Source: an uncultured delta proteobacterium (GTDB lineage: Bacteria > Desulfobacterota > Desulfobacteria > Desulfobacterales > JAHEIW01). From it: a stretch of DNA of 64,000 nt. The first letter of the stretch is position 1, and each line of letters starts with the position of its first letter. Both the position numbers and the translations under genes were made by a program. This document shows positions 1-10,004 of the stretch, in pieces. The notes below the pieces were generated by a model. That model was given only the letters and a program-made list of their open reading frames with translations. It had not been told where the DNA came from and made no database searches. The DNA lies in assembly GCA_963706575.1 (NCBI GenBank), contig CAVPNL010000003.1:320001-384000 (forward strand). The letters run 5' to 3'.

Positions 1-92
1 AATTACCAAAAATCTCGTTGATCTCGATACAGGCCTCTTTTTCCTGGTCTGGAACCATCACGTAACTTTTGAACAACCTCTACTTTTAAGGA

Positions 93-587
93 CTACCACC
101 ACACCCACACTCCCATAAGCGTGGTGACGGATCCCAAAAGGCACCAAACGCCATTAATTAGGGTCCACCAAGCTGTTATTGTGCCAATATTTCTTCCTAG
201 GGCAAGCAGTAAGAAAAACATGAACCATAAGGTCGCCCACATAAACCACAGCAGGGCCAAAAGAGGAGTAGCAAGAGAAAGCAATCCCGCCGGAATTGCT
301 ATCAAGGATACAGGCAGGCAGTACCATCCCAACCCCTTCACATCTAAGTCCCAGATTTGAGTGGCCGCCACATACAAATAGGTAAATGCGAACAAACATG
401 TTAATGCGGCGCCGAAAAACTCACCCGATCCTTCGCCGGTAAAGATTATCCTAAAAACGCCTCCTAACTGCAGTGCCGCGACAAAAATGTTCATCGGGAT
501 CACGGCTTTATTGGACATTAAGCCCAGCATCCAAATTGCATTGATGATGAGGACAAAACCGACATACCATAAGCCAAGACCTAACAT
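93..587 (-). CDS. amiS: AmiS/UreI family amide/urea channel (copy 1)
   Basis: Very hydrophobic 164 aa protein; N-terminus MLGLGLWYVGFVLIIN; LFAFTYLY and GLGWYCL motifs; downstream of amiE. Confidence 0.85.
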   Translation of the reverse strand: MLGLGLWYVGFVLIINAIWMLGLMSNKAVIPMNIFVAALQLGGVFRIIFTGEGSGEFFGAALTCLFAFTYLYVAATQIWDLDVKGLGWYCLPVSLIAIPAGLLSLATPLLALLWFMWATLWFMFFLLLALGRNIGTITAWWTLINGVWCLLGSVTTLMGVWVWW

Positions 588-689
588 AATTACCCTCCCT
601 TTTTCCTAATTGGTCAAAATGTTGTAAACCTTTCTACAAGGGCCAAGATTATAGCACTTTCTTACCTCCTTCCACATACCAAAAAATAA

Positions 690-1795
690 CGGTTCTATAA
701 CCTAAAAAAAGGCTGCAAATTGTCCTGATGTGACAAAATAGTTTGGTAATATCTCCTCAAAAAAAGGAGGAGATATTATGAATATCGATCAACTCAGAGC
801 AAAATTTCCAAATGAAAACGTTTGTAGACAATTTTTCGAATCAATCATCTGGCGACATGGACGCATTTGTCTACACTGCCAATGCCAAAAATCTTATCGC
901 ATCTGTGGCGCCAGTTCCCGGCTAGGTCTTTACGAATGTGGGCAATGTAAACGCCAATTTACCGTCACCACCAAAACTCCAATGCACAGCACCAAGCTGC
1001 CGTTATGGAAGTGGCTGTTAGCGATGTATTATATGATCAATTCAAGCAAAGGCATATCCTCGGTATTTTTGGCCAAATGGGTTGGCATCTCTCAAAAAAG
1101 CGCCTGGAAACTGGGTCATGCGGTGAGCGAGATGATGGACCCCGCTGCTGAGATCCTGCCGGCACTTAACGGTATGGTTGAGCTGGATGAAAAATACGTT
1201 GGTGGCAAACCCCGTTATCAACAAGGAATTAAACACAAACGCGGCAAAGGCACCGACAAGCAATGAGTATTGGTGGCCGTTGAACGCAATGGCCCGGTTC
1301 GGGCTGTACCGGTGGCTAGTGACAAAATCTCTGAGCTTTTCCCGCAGGTGGAGCGCTTTGTTGATAAGGATGCGTATCTGATCACTGATGAAAACCGCGC
1401 CTATCGATCCATTGGCAAGCAGTTTGCCGCTCATGATTGGGTTAACCACAGCCACAAAGAGTATGCACGCGGCAATATTCATAACAATACCGCCGAATCC
1501 TTTAGCGCTATTTTGGAACGCGCTAAACAGGGGGTGTTTCATTATTTGAGTAAGAAACATTTATCCCGTTACCTTCACGAAATCGGTTTTCGGTGGGACC
1601 ATCGAATCCCAGAGTTAAAGCTTACAAAAAAAGGTGACCTCAAACTGGTCATGAAACCAATGTCGGTTATAATAAAGCTTAAATCACTTCTATCTCGTGC
1701 TTCCGGTAGACAGCTACGAAGATCATTAAATGACTGCATTTTGTGCCTTGAACCTGTTTGACTAAAAAGCAGCCTTTTTATTGGTTATAATTCCG
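690..1795 (+). mobile_element. IS1595-family insertion sequence
   Basis: Imperfect ~27 bp terminal inverted repeats (cggttctataacctaaaaaaaggctgc at 690-716; the reverse complement of 1769-1795 is cggaattataaccaataaaaaggctgc). 8 bp target duplication aaaaataa at 682-689 and 1796-1803. Confidence 0.92.
778..1761 (+). pseudogene. IS1595/ISXO2-type DDE transposase interrupted by an in-frame TGA at 1264-1266
   Basis: N-terminal Zn ribbon (CLHC...CGQC); VELDEKYVGG, LITDE and HNNTAESF motifs. ORFs 778-1266 and 1270-1761 are in the same frame. Confidence 0.85.
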
Positions 1796-2094
1796 AAAAA
1801 TAAATTAAGTGTTATATTTTCATCCGTACTTCTTAGGACTCCACATAGGAATTAACGGTGAAATTCAACTTATTAGTTCCGGCTGTGGTATTCCTAATTC
1901 CTCTTCTCACATTTTATAAGTTTTAAAAAACCCCATCCCACATATAGACAGGGCTTTTTAGACAAATTAACCCTACTAGGCAACTCATTAAATTTTATGT
2001 ATGGTATTGCAATTCCGTAATTATTGATCCACTAAATTTAGAAACGACACTTAAAAATTACGTTGTAGAATTTAATAAGTTTCCGACTACGTGG

Positions 2095-3114
2095 CTACGT
2101 CGGGATGCCTTCAATTTTGCACTCGGATGTGCCGGCGGTAGACCTGGTAATCTTTTCTACATTGGCCCTGGCCTTTTCAGGATCATTAATCCAGAGGCGG
2201 TAAAATTCATAAGGACACACAGGTACGCCTTTTGCATCTTCATTTGACTTTATTTTTCCCGTATAGCCCCGGTGCAACAGTTTAAAAAGGTGATTCTGGG
2301 ACTGCCAATTCTTACGAGCATCCCTTATAGCGCTGACTGACAGTTCGGCATATTGATTTTCCATAGGTGATTCTCCGCATTCACCCAGCACCCTGCCGTC
2401 GAAGCCAACGAGGTTAGAATGTCCGAAGTAGTAGTATACGCCGTCCCATCCGGCACAATTTGCCACTGCCACATAAGAGGTATTCGCCCATGCCATAGCA
2501 GCTGCCATCATTACCTGCTGTTGTTTCGGGGGATACATGTAACCCTGGCAACGCACGATCAATTCCGCGCCTCTCATGGCACAGTCACGCCAGATTTCCG
2601 GGTAATTGCCGTCGTCACAGATAATCAGACTGACTTTCAAGCCTTTGGGCCCCTCAGTAACATAGGTGCTGTCCCCAGGATACCACCCCTCTATGGGGCA
2701 CCATGGCATGATCTTTCTGTACTTTTGAACGATATTGCCCTTGTTGTCGATTAGTAACAGAGTGTTATATGGGACTTTTTTTGGATGTTCTTCGTGTTTT
2801 TCGCCTGTTAGCGAAAAGACTCCCCAGAGGCCGGTTTTTTTACATGCTTCAGCAAAGATATCCGTTTCATCACCGGGGATGACTGCAGACAAGTCCATAC
2901 ATTCATCAGGATCATAAAGAATCCCTTCGGTGCTATATTCTGGGAAAATGATTAAATCTAAGCCGGGATGGCCTATTTGCACACCCTCCATATAATCAGC
3001 TATTTTGTGACAATTGTCTATAATCTCATCTTTTGTGTGGAAGCGGGGCATCCCATAATTTACCACCATGACACCCACGTTATCTTTGCTCGATGAAATA
3101 TCTCCGTGTCTCAT
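2095..3114 (-). CDS. amiE: aliphatic amidase (nitrilase superfamily)
   Basis: Starts MRHGDISSS behind a [28 protein letters not shown] and [14 protein letters not shown] motifs (E-K-C triad). Confidence 0.93.
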   Translation of the reverse strand: MRHGDISSSKDNVGVMVVNYGMPRFHTKDEIIDNCHKIADYMEGVQIGHPGLDLIIFPEYSTEGILYDPDECMDLSAVIPGDETDIFAEACKKTGLWGVFSLTGEKHEEHPKKVPYNTLLLIDNKGNIVQKYRKIMPWCPIEGWYPGDSTYVTEGPKGLKVSLIICDDGNYPEIWRDCAMRGAELIVRCQGYMYPPKQQQVMMAAAMAWANTSYVAVANCAGWDGVYYYFGHSNLVGFDGRVLGECGESPMENQYAELSVSAIRDARKNWQSQNHLFKLLHRGYTGKIKSNEDAKGVPVCPYEFYRLWINDPEKARANVEKITRSTAGTSECKIEGIPT

Positions 3115-3217
3115 TTTTTTCCTCCTCTCTTCTAATTTACAGAATTGTTGACTGTTGCCAGTTAGACATATTAAGAATCCTAAACTATTATGTGTCACCT
3201 CCCTCCTTATATATATT

Positions 3218-3713
3218 TCAGAGCCAAGGCCACGCCTTGATTAGAATGAGGTAGCCCGGCACACTGCTGGCAATACCGTTGATGACTGTCCAAATACCGG
3301 TGCTTTTCCAATATTCTTTCCGAGACCCAATAACAGAAAAACATGAACCACAAGCTGGCCCACATTAGCCAGAGAATACACAGGCCGATGTCGGGGAAAG
3401 CAGTGAAAGCAGTTGGAGTGGCTATAATAGCCACCAGCAGGCAGTACCAACCCAGTCCCCTACCTTCAAGATTCCAGATGACATTTATGGCTACCCACAA
3501 ATAGGTGAAAGCAAACAATAAGGATTGCATGCCATAAAAATAAGACGTGATTTCTTCCCCTTGAAGAGCCACTGTACGCATTACACCCGCAAAAATTAAA
3601 AGACCTGTGAAAGCATTCATAGGAATCACGTGCTTATCATCTAAAACACCTAAAAGCCATATACCGTTCATAAAAAGAACAAAACCCACATAAACCAATG
3701 CACAACCCACCAT
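3218..3713 (-). CDS. amiS: AmiS/UreI family channel (copy 2), apparently with two 1-nt frameshifts near the C-terminus
   Basis: LLFAFTYLW and GLGWYCL motifs. The paralog-like C-terminus [24 protein letters not shown] is spread over two other frames. Confidence 0.8.
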
Positions 3714-3962
3714 TCCCCTTAGCCTACCTCCTTTCTTTACAACGTTATAAATGAGTCATGATCGGTCCTTTCCCTGGGTCTTTCACCACAACGAAATTGC
3801 CATTTCTGGTTCTGCAATTAATATTAACGACTATTCCGGCGTGATGAACTCAACGGTAAAAACCAATCTGTTGCAGCTGATGATCGCCTTATGCGTGTGC
3901 GTGGAATTTTAGGACCTTACAGAAACGGAAACAAAAAAAGGAATCAGGATTTCAACATTATA

Positions 3963-3978
3963 AGCAATCTTTATACCA
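3963..3978 (-). promoter_or_regulatory. sigma-54 (-24/-12) promoter for the amiS-amiE operon
   Basis: Minus strand TGGTATAAAGATTGCT has exact GG-N10-GC spacing and lies next to a divergent sigma54 activator gene. Confidence 0.75.
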
Positions 3979-4078
3979 AATCGAGAAAAGCGCCTCCGTT
4001 TTATATCTATCTATCTGATATATTGATATATTTCTGTTAGGGTAAAAAGACTTACCAGATAAACAAGAGCTGTGAAAA

Positions 4079-4116
4079 TGTTCTATTTTGGAACAAATTT
4101 AAAATAAAATAGAACA
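4079..4116. promoter_or_regulatory. candidate upstream activator sequence
   Basis: Inverted repeat TGTTCTATTTT(4079-4089)...AAAATAGAACA(4106-4116), plus TGTTC-N7-GAACA, ~100-140 bp upstream of the sigma54 site. Confidence 0.5.
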
Positions 4117-4401
4117 CTTATGTACCGAATTGATTTAAATGAGAAATATTTTATAATTACAAGTTGTTATTTACGATCAATATAAAAAAAACTTGTAAAC
4201 GTAAATCTATTCCTATATGGTGAAAAAAGTTAGGGGTAAAATTCAAACTCGCTTGTTTCTGTCCACTTGATGTTCCTATTCATGTTCCTTCGGTAATTTT
4301 TCCACCTCGTCTCACACATTGATTTCGCAAAGGGCAAAAAAATCCGCATTGGAATTAAAACCCTAAATCAGATAAAAAAATTCTTGGGCGGAAAATTTAC
4401 A

Positions 4402-6546
4402 ATGAAGAAGATAGGTTTGCTTTTTTCTTTAAGCGGTACGATTTCCATCGTTGGAGAGGGTCAGCTACAAGCTGCTTTGCTTGCAATTGAGGAAGTAAAT
4501 AAAAAAAGTAATCTGAAATTTGAATCGGTGATTCGAGATGATAAATCAGACCCACGCATAGCTGCCCAGGAAGCATACAGTCTTTTTACGGATGTTAAAA
4601 TCGATACACTGGTAGGCTGTTACATGTCCTCTCTACGCAATTCGATCAAACCAGTTTTAAATGAAACTGGAGGATTATTGATCTATCCAACTCTTTATGA
4701 AGGAGAACAATTTCATCCTAACATCTTCTATCTTGGAGCTGTACCCAATCAACAAGTCGAACCACTGCTTTCATGGGCAACAAACAATGTATCCGATAAT
4801 TTTATTTTGGTTGGATCTGATTATGTGTATCCCCGCTCCACAAATAGACAAGTAAGACAATGGGTCGAAAACGCTGGTGGCAATGTGTACCTTGAGACCT
4901 ATTTCCCATTAGGCTGCACCAAATTCGATGATTTCTTTAAAAAACTGAGTAATCTGTGTAAAAGAGTCTCTTCATTCGTCGTTTTTTCTACTATAGTCGG
5001 GAATAGTGTTGTTTCTTTTTATAAAGAATACAAGAGAAAAAAAATACCTTTTCCTATTATCAGTCCCATTACCTCTGAAAGAGAAATACAAAGCATTGGA
5101 AAAGAGGCATCGTGTGGCCACATTTGTACCTCGGCGTATTTTCAAACAATTGAAACTGAAATGAACCAAAGATTTATAAGTGCGTTCAAACGGCGCTTCG
5201 GTGATCAACCTATTAGCCGCGAAATGGCGGCAACCTACGATGCGATCCGTTTGCTAGCCGCGGCATATAACCGAATATCAAGTGTTCCTTGGGGAAAAAA
5301 TGAAACCGAAAAAGTCCGTATGTCTTTAAAGGATTTATCATTTCAAGGCATTCAAGGCAAAGTGCTTATAGATTCTAAGTCCCAGCACCTGTGGCAATGG
5401 TCGCGTATTGGGAGGATCAATCCTGAAGGTAAAATTGAAGCCTTTTGGGAGTCGCCAGGCCTTATTCCTCCCAAGGTAGATACGAGCAAAATAGGATTAA
5501 CAATTAGCGATAATTGGGATTTAAATCGAGATTGTAATTTTCGTTCATTAGTTGGCACCAATAAAAAGCTTTTAGAATGCATTCAACTGGCCAAAGTTGC
5601 CGCTATGACTTCGTGCAATGTTTTGATAACGGGTGACACTGGAACAGGTAAAGAACTGCTTGCAAGAGCGATACACGCAGCAGGTTCCCGACATAATTTC
5701 CCTTTTGTTCCCATAAATTGTGCAAACATTCCACGAGATTTAATTGAAAGTGAGCTTTTTGGATATGAAGAAGGTGCCTTTACCGGGGCAAAGAAAGGCG
5801 GCAAAGTGGGCAAATTTGAAATGGCCAACGGTGGAACGATTTTTCTAGATGAAATTGGCGAAATGCCAAACGATATGCAGGCTCATCTATTAAGAGTTAT
5901 TGAGGATATGGAAATATACAGAGTAGGGGGAACCGAAGCCGTTCGCTTGAAGGCTCGGTTGATCGCATCGACCAATAAAGATTTATCACGAGAAATCACT
6001 CAGACGGAATCTTTTCGAAAAGATCTTTTCTATCGATTGAGTGTTTTCCACATTGAGCTTCCTGACCTATGTGATCGAATAGATGACCTCTCTCAGCTTG
6101 CCGATCATTTCCTCCAGCGTTTATGCCGCAAGAACGCCATAGAAAAGAAATTGGCACCAGAGACCTTGAAGGCCCTGGAAAACCATTCATGGCCAGGAAA
6201 TGTTCGCGAATTGAGTAATGTTATTGAAAGATCTTATTATTTAGCCTTGGACTCAAAGTTCATCTGTCCCGATCACTTGCCTGACTATATTATTCATCCT
6301 CAACCTGCGAGGGATCATATAAATAAAACTGATGAGTTAAGTTCTCAAAATGCCATGTCACTCTATAGGTTACCTAAAAATCTTACATCTATAAAAAAAA
6401 CAGAAGAGTATCTTATCAAGCAAATTCTTGAACACTGCGGCTTTAACATCAGGAGAGCCTCCTTGTTACTTGGCATTTCGAGAAGCACGTTGTACCGAAA
6501 AATCAAAAAGTATAAAATTAATACAAAACAGGAATTTTTTATTTAA
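4402..6546 (+). CDS. AmiC/UrtA-like ligand-binding domain fused to a sigma54 enhancer-binding AAA+ domain and Fis HTH
   Basis: N-terminal KIGLLFSLSG, YPTLYEG, GAVPNQQ and VGSDYVYPR; central GDTGTGKE, ESELFGYEEGAFTGA and WPGNVREL; C-terminal LGISRSTLYRK. No signal peptide. Confidence 0.88.
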   Translation: MKKIGLLFSLSGTISIVGEGQLQAALLAIEEVNKKSNLKFESVIRDDKSDPRIAAQEAYSLFTDVKIDTLVGCYMSSLRNSIKPVLNETGGLLIYPTLYEGEQFHPNIFYLGAVPNQQVEPLLSWATNNVSDNFILVGSDYVYPRSTNRQVRQWVENAGGNVYLETYFPLGCTKFDDFFKKLSNLCKRVSSFVVFSTIVGNSVVSFYKEYKRKKIPFPIISPITSEREIQSIGKEASCGHICTSAYFQTIETEMNQRFISAFKRRFGDQPISREMAATYDAIRLLAAAYNRISSVPWGKNETEKVRMSLKDLSFQGIQGKVLIDSKSQHLWQWSRIGRINPEGKIEAFWESPGLIPPKVDTSKIGLTISDNWDLNRDCNFRSLVGTNKKLLECIQLAKVAAMTSCNVLITGDTGTGKELLARAIHAAGSRHNFPFVPINCANIPRDLIESELFGYEEGAFTGAKKGGKVGKFEMANGGTIFLDEIGEMPNDMQAHLLRVIEDMEIYRVGGTEAVRLKARLIASTNKDLSREITQTESFRKDLFYRLSVFHIELPDLCDRIDDLSQLADHFLQRLCRKNAIEKKLAPETLKALENHSWPGNVRELSNVIERSYYLALDSKFICPDHLPDYIIHPQPARDHINKTDELSSQNAMSLYRLPKNLTSIKKTEEYLIKQILEHCGFNIRRASLLLGISRSTLYRKIKKYKINTKQEFFI

Positions 6547-6779
6547 CACGAATATTCTTCCAGAGGAAAGGGACAATGATCTGAGCTTGCTTTATTCGAG
6601 CGTGAGCATCGCAAAAATAGGATAGTATGTAAAGCCGGTTGGTTTAAGTTGTTGGACAAATCAAGCTTTAATTATAGCAAATAAGTCCTTCAAAAGGCAG
6701 AGTCAATTGAACTCTAACCTGGCCCACAGGGCCAAGGTTTCCATGTTTAACTTAAAGTTGCATATAAAATCATGACAAA

Positions 6780-7508
6780 TCAGGTCGTCGCTTGATTTTC
6801 CTTTTTTCTTCCATTAGGGCAAATATAAAGACACATGCCACAGACACCAAGTGCAGATGTCTTTTTCAACTTGCTAAGATATTTGTCACACTTGAGGGCA
6901 TCAAAGCGAATTTCTCTGGGATCCTCTTCCCTAAATGGCTCACCTGTAAAGGCCTTTACAGGGCAAATGTCAACGCATTCATGACAATCACCGCAGCGTT
7001 CCTCCATCGGTTTGTTGGCAACTTTTAGAGGTGCATCAGTAAGGATGGTGCCCCAACGTACCCTTGGGCCAACTTCCGGAGTTACCAGAAGGCAGCATTT
7101 TCCAATCCATCCCAAACCTGAGAGGCGCGCGGCCATTTTGTGGGAGAAGATGCCATAAAGCTCCTCGTTATATGTATTCTCCTGGGTTGAAGGTATTGGT
7201 AGCGTTCGGTGTCCCTTGCGTTGGAGAACCCCACTTAGCCGTGACGATGTGTGATCCAGGCGCTGATTAATAACGTCGTAGGCATGATGTTTGTAATTCA
7301 TGCTTACAGGGCTTGAAAATCGGTTTGGCTGTTGGTCCACTATGGCATGAGATAGGGCGATCCCCAATGAAATAGCCCGCGGAAACTGAGTAGCTGCTTC
7401 TTCCCAAAATTTTTCGATGGACTCCTGAGCAGGTGATAAATCTGCAATTCCAAAGAAATCTGTTCCCATTTCAACAGCCAGTTTATTTAGTTTAGCTTCG
7501 AGTTCCAT
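6780..7508 (-). CDS. QueG/epoxyqueuosine reductase-like 4Fe-4S double-cluster protein
   Basis: SHKMAARLSGLGWIGK, GPRVRWGTILTDAPL, CGDCHECVDICP and CGMCLYICP motifs. Confidence 0.7.
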   Translation of the reverse strand: MELEAKLNKLAVEMGTDFFGIADLSPAQESIEKFWEEAATQFPRAISLGIALSHAIVDQQPNRFSSPVSMNYKHHAYDVINQRLDHTSSRLSGVLQRKGHRTLPIPSTQENTYNEELYGIFSHKMAARLSGLGWIGKCCLLVTPEVGPRVRWGTILTDAPLKVANKPMEERCGDCHECVDICPVKAFTGEPFREEDPREIRFDALKCDKYLSKLKKTSALGVCGMCLYICPNGRKKENQATT

Positions 7509-8060
7509 TTCATTCGGTTTCGTTTTCAGTAAAGCTTTCGGGTAACACAACTCTATTTAGACTTATTCCAGTGTGAGGTCAACACAAACTGAGATTAGCA
7601 CGGCATTCGAAAAAGTCATAATATCATACCAATCAGACTCAAATTTCTAGGGTTCAAAAGGCTGGAATCACTTGCAATAACATGAAAGTTGTGTTTTGCA
7701 CCGATTCTTGCAATATTTTTTTGATATTCAAATCCAAAACTCAAAAGATTTCCAAAAAGCACACATAAAATATGTAGTGTTCTGCCATTTTCGGATTGAG
7801 TTACAGATTGCGCATGACAAATCCATAATTTTTTAGCAGCTCGTTTTGTTTGCCTTAGTTTTAAATCTGTGAGGGCTTAAATTTTGTTGGATGTGCTAAC
7901 GCAATATGAAATTTTGGGGTTTTGTAGATTAGGTTTAAATCAGAGGAAATTTTACTGAACTGAAACTTGGGATATCCCGCTAGAAAAACAAATATCAGGT
8001 TGCCGGTGAATATCAAAGCAGGGGGTTGCAAGGTATGATTATCGGGAAAAAGAGTCAACT

Positions 8061-8843
8061 TTAGGCACTGATCTTAGGGGCCTTGGGTCGCAGGAGCGCT
8101 TCAACCACATTGCGCACATATTGCTCGTCGGAAATTCCATCGATGGCTTCTTGCGGAAAGCTTACAATGCTTTTAAAATACCCACTGAGCTCATGGAAAA
8201 GCTCAACCCGGGCCCGGGGCTCCAGGTCATTGCGTCGCACGATTGACTCAACCGCAATCTGGGCTTCTAAAGGAGTGACATTTTGTCTGAGGCGGGCTTC
8301 TATATGAGGATATTCACGAAAGGAATTGTATTTGCTCTCTAAAAGTTGGTTCAAGTCCGGTTCGGCAATACGAGGACTCCAGACCACAACGGTATTGGCC
8401 GCAAAATCTCCCAAACGTTGAGATCGCCTGTTAAACAGACATGCCAGACCACCAACCAGATACAGCGCCGGCAAACTGTCGACAAATCTTAACAGATTCC
8501 GGATGACAATCTGGCTGAATTGAAGCCGCAACCCCTGTTCATCCATAACTCTGAGCCGCAAAAGCCGTTTGCCCAGTGTTTGTCCCTGCCAGTACCACTC
8601 TGTTAAAATGCCGTAGCCGATCGAAACAACAAAAAAACCAATAATATTGGCCGCCATTGCCAGATCACGGCTGAGAATACCCAGGAGTCCGAAAACCACA
8701 TTTAATATCGTAATAAGGGCAAAAATCGTCCCCAGATCGATTGCCCAGGCCAAAAAGCGCGTAATCGGCCCCGCCAGCAGCAGCGAAAATTCGATCCCCT
8801 CAGGGGTTTTAATGATGAGTGTATTTGTTTTGCTGGATAACAT
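8061..8843 (-). CDS. RDD family membrane protein
   Basis: TPEGIEF, RFLAWAID, GQTLGKR, RNLLRFVD and QRLGD motifs. Confidence 0.85.
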   Translation of the reverse strand: MLSSKTNTLIIKTPEGIEFSLLLAGPITRFLAWAIDLGTIFALITILNVVFGLLGILSRDLAMAANIIGFFVVSIGYGILTEWYWQGQTLGKRLLRLRVMDEQGLRLQFSQIVIRNLLRFVDSLPALYLVGGLACLFNRRSQRLGDFAANTVVVWSPRIAEPDLNQLLESKYNSFREYPHIEARLRQNVTPLEAQIAVESIVRRNDLEPRARVELFHELSGYFKSIVSFPQEAIDGISDEQYVRNVVEALLRPKAPKISA

Positions 8844-8853
8844 AGTACGTAAT

Positions 8854-9000
8854 TAAATGAGCTAAAATTCAAAATGCCTAAAATGAGCTAAAATTATTGT
8901 CGAGTTCATTTTTCAACGTCTTTGCCAAATTTCTTATGATTCATAAATTTCTCTTTTAAATTTTAGGCATTTTAGATCACTTTAGATCATTTTAGGCATT
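8854..9000. repeat. inverted tandem-array cassette A, enclosing a 48 bp remnant of the four-helix-bundle gene 5' end
   Basis: ATGAGCTAAA/ATGCCTAAA arrays at 8854-8896 and (inverted) 8959-9000; 8897-8944 is 42/48 identical to 10381-10428. Confidence 0.9.
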
Positions 9001-9996
9001 TATTCTTTCTGACTTTCTCCCGGCTATTCCCAGAAACAACGCCAGAATAATCAATTCAAAAACGCCGAATCCAATTTTGACTGCGTACGGCATGACCGGT
9101 TCATGATATTGTGAAAAAAAGGCTTCAATAATTCCAGCCCACACCAGCATCAGGGCCACACCGGATATGAGCGTCACCAGATCATTGGATATTTTGCGCA
9201 GCCGCATTCGCAAAGATATCGGTTTGCCCCATCCGATAAGCGCCCCGGCCAGTACAATGCCGGCCTGCCCGGCAAGCAAAATGGCCGGAATTTCAACAGC
9301 CCCGTGTGGCAGCAACCAGCCTAAGAGGAAGGACGTCTCCCCCGCCATCACATAATCGACGGCCACCGCCCCTAAAATGATGCCATTATAAAATAGCATG
9401 ACCAATGTGCCGATCCCCCAGGTCAGACCCAGCGCCAGCGTTAGAATGGCCACTTTGGTATTGTGCGTCATCAAAAATGAAGAAAAGGTAGTTTTGGCGC
9501 CTTTGAGACGATCGGCATTGACGTCTTCTTCCTTTTTTACCCGCTCAGACGGATCCCCCTGTAGATGAGAAAACGGAAGCAGTATCTGTTTTGTATTCGA
9601 ATCCACGATAACCGTAAATCCGCCAAAGGTTGCGCCCACCCCGATCGCCAGCAGGCAGATCCAGAATGCGCGAATATGTTTGCGGAACGTCTGCGGAAAG
9701 GTAGTGAAAAACCAGTGCAACGGCCGGAGCCGGTGAGGCTTTTCGCGGGTTTCATGGATCTCCCCAAAGGCTCTGCCCACCAAGGCTTCAAGATAAAGTC
9801 GGGTGTTCGGCTCAGCAGAAAAAGTCGAAATTTTAGCCAGACCTGCCGAGGCCCGTTGATAAAGATAATGAAAGCGTTCAAGCTGCCCGAGCGTTAGCGT
9901 GACCTCCGGTTTTTTTTCAAGCCGGTCTAAAACCGCTTCCAACTCCGACCAGCAGGGTCGCTCCTCGGTGATGAATTTTGGTAGATCGATTATCAT
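8992..9996 (-). CDS. SpoIIM/DUF95 family membrane protein
   Basis: THNTKVA, NGIILGA, LLPHGAVEIPA and AGIIEAFFS motifs; lies in the RDD-DUF58-MoxR cluster. Confidence 0.85.
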   Translation of the reverse strand: MIIDLPKFITEERPCWSELEAVLDRLEKKPEVTLTLGQLERFHYLYQRASAGLAKISTFSAEPNTRLYLEALVGRAFGEIHETREKPHRLRPLHWFFTTFPQTFRKHIRAFWICLLAIGVGATFGGFTVIVDSNTKQILLPFSHLQGDPSERVKKEEDVNADRLKGAKTTFSSFLMTHNTKVAILTLALGLTWGIGTLVMLFYNGIILGAVAVDYVMAGETSFLLGWLLPHGAVEIPAILLAGQAGIVLAGALIGWGKPISLRMRLRKISNDLVTLISGVALMLVWAGIIEAFFSQYHEPVMPYAVKIGFGVFELIILALFLGIAGRKSERINA

Positions 9997-10004
9997 ATCG
10001 CTAA

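Noticed and set aside
1042..1560. 172 aa antisense ORF in the IS, and similar shadow ORFs such as 13634-14122, 47626-48228, 48540-49247 and 58743-59420
   Set aside because: They lie antisense to well-supported genes and show no motifs.
3115..3198. 28 aa N-terminal extension of AmiE
   Set aside because: The family N-terminus MRHGDISSS has its own strong RBS at 3114.
3720..3960. ANTAR dual-hairpin leader, as in Pseudomonas ami operons
   Set aside because: No convincing tandem hexaloop hairpins or terminator were seen, and there is no AmiR gene in the window.
6780..7508. Reductive dehalogenase
   Set aside because: Too short, no Tat signal and no rdhB anchor gene; it fits the generic QueG-like family.
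7861..8058. 65 aa ORF
   Set aside because: No RBS or recognisable motif; lies in AT-rich intergenic sequence.
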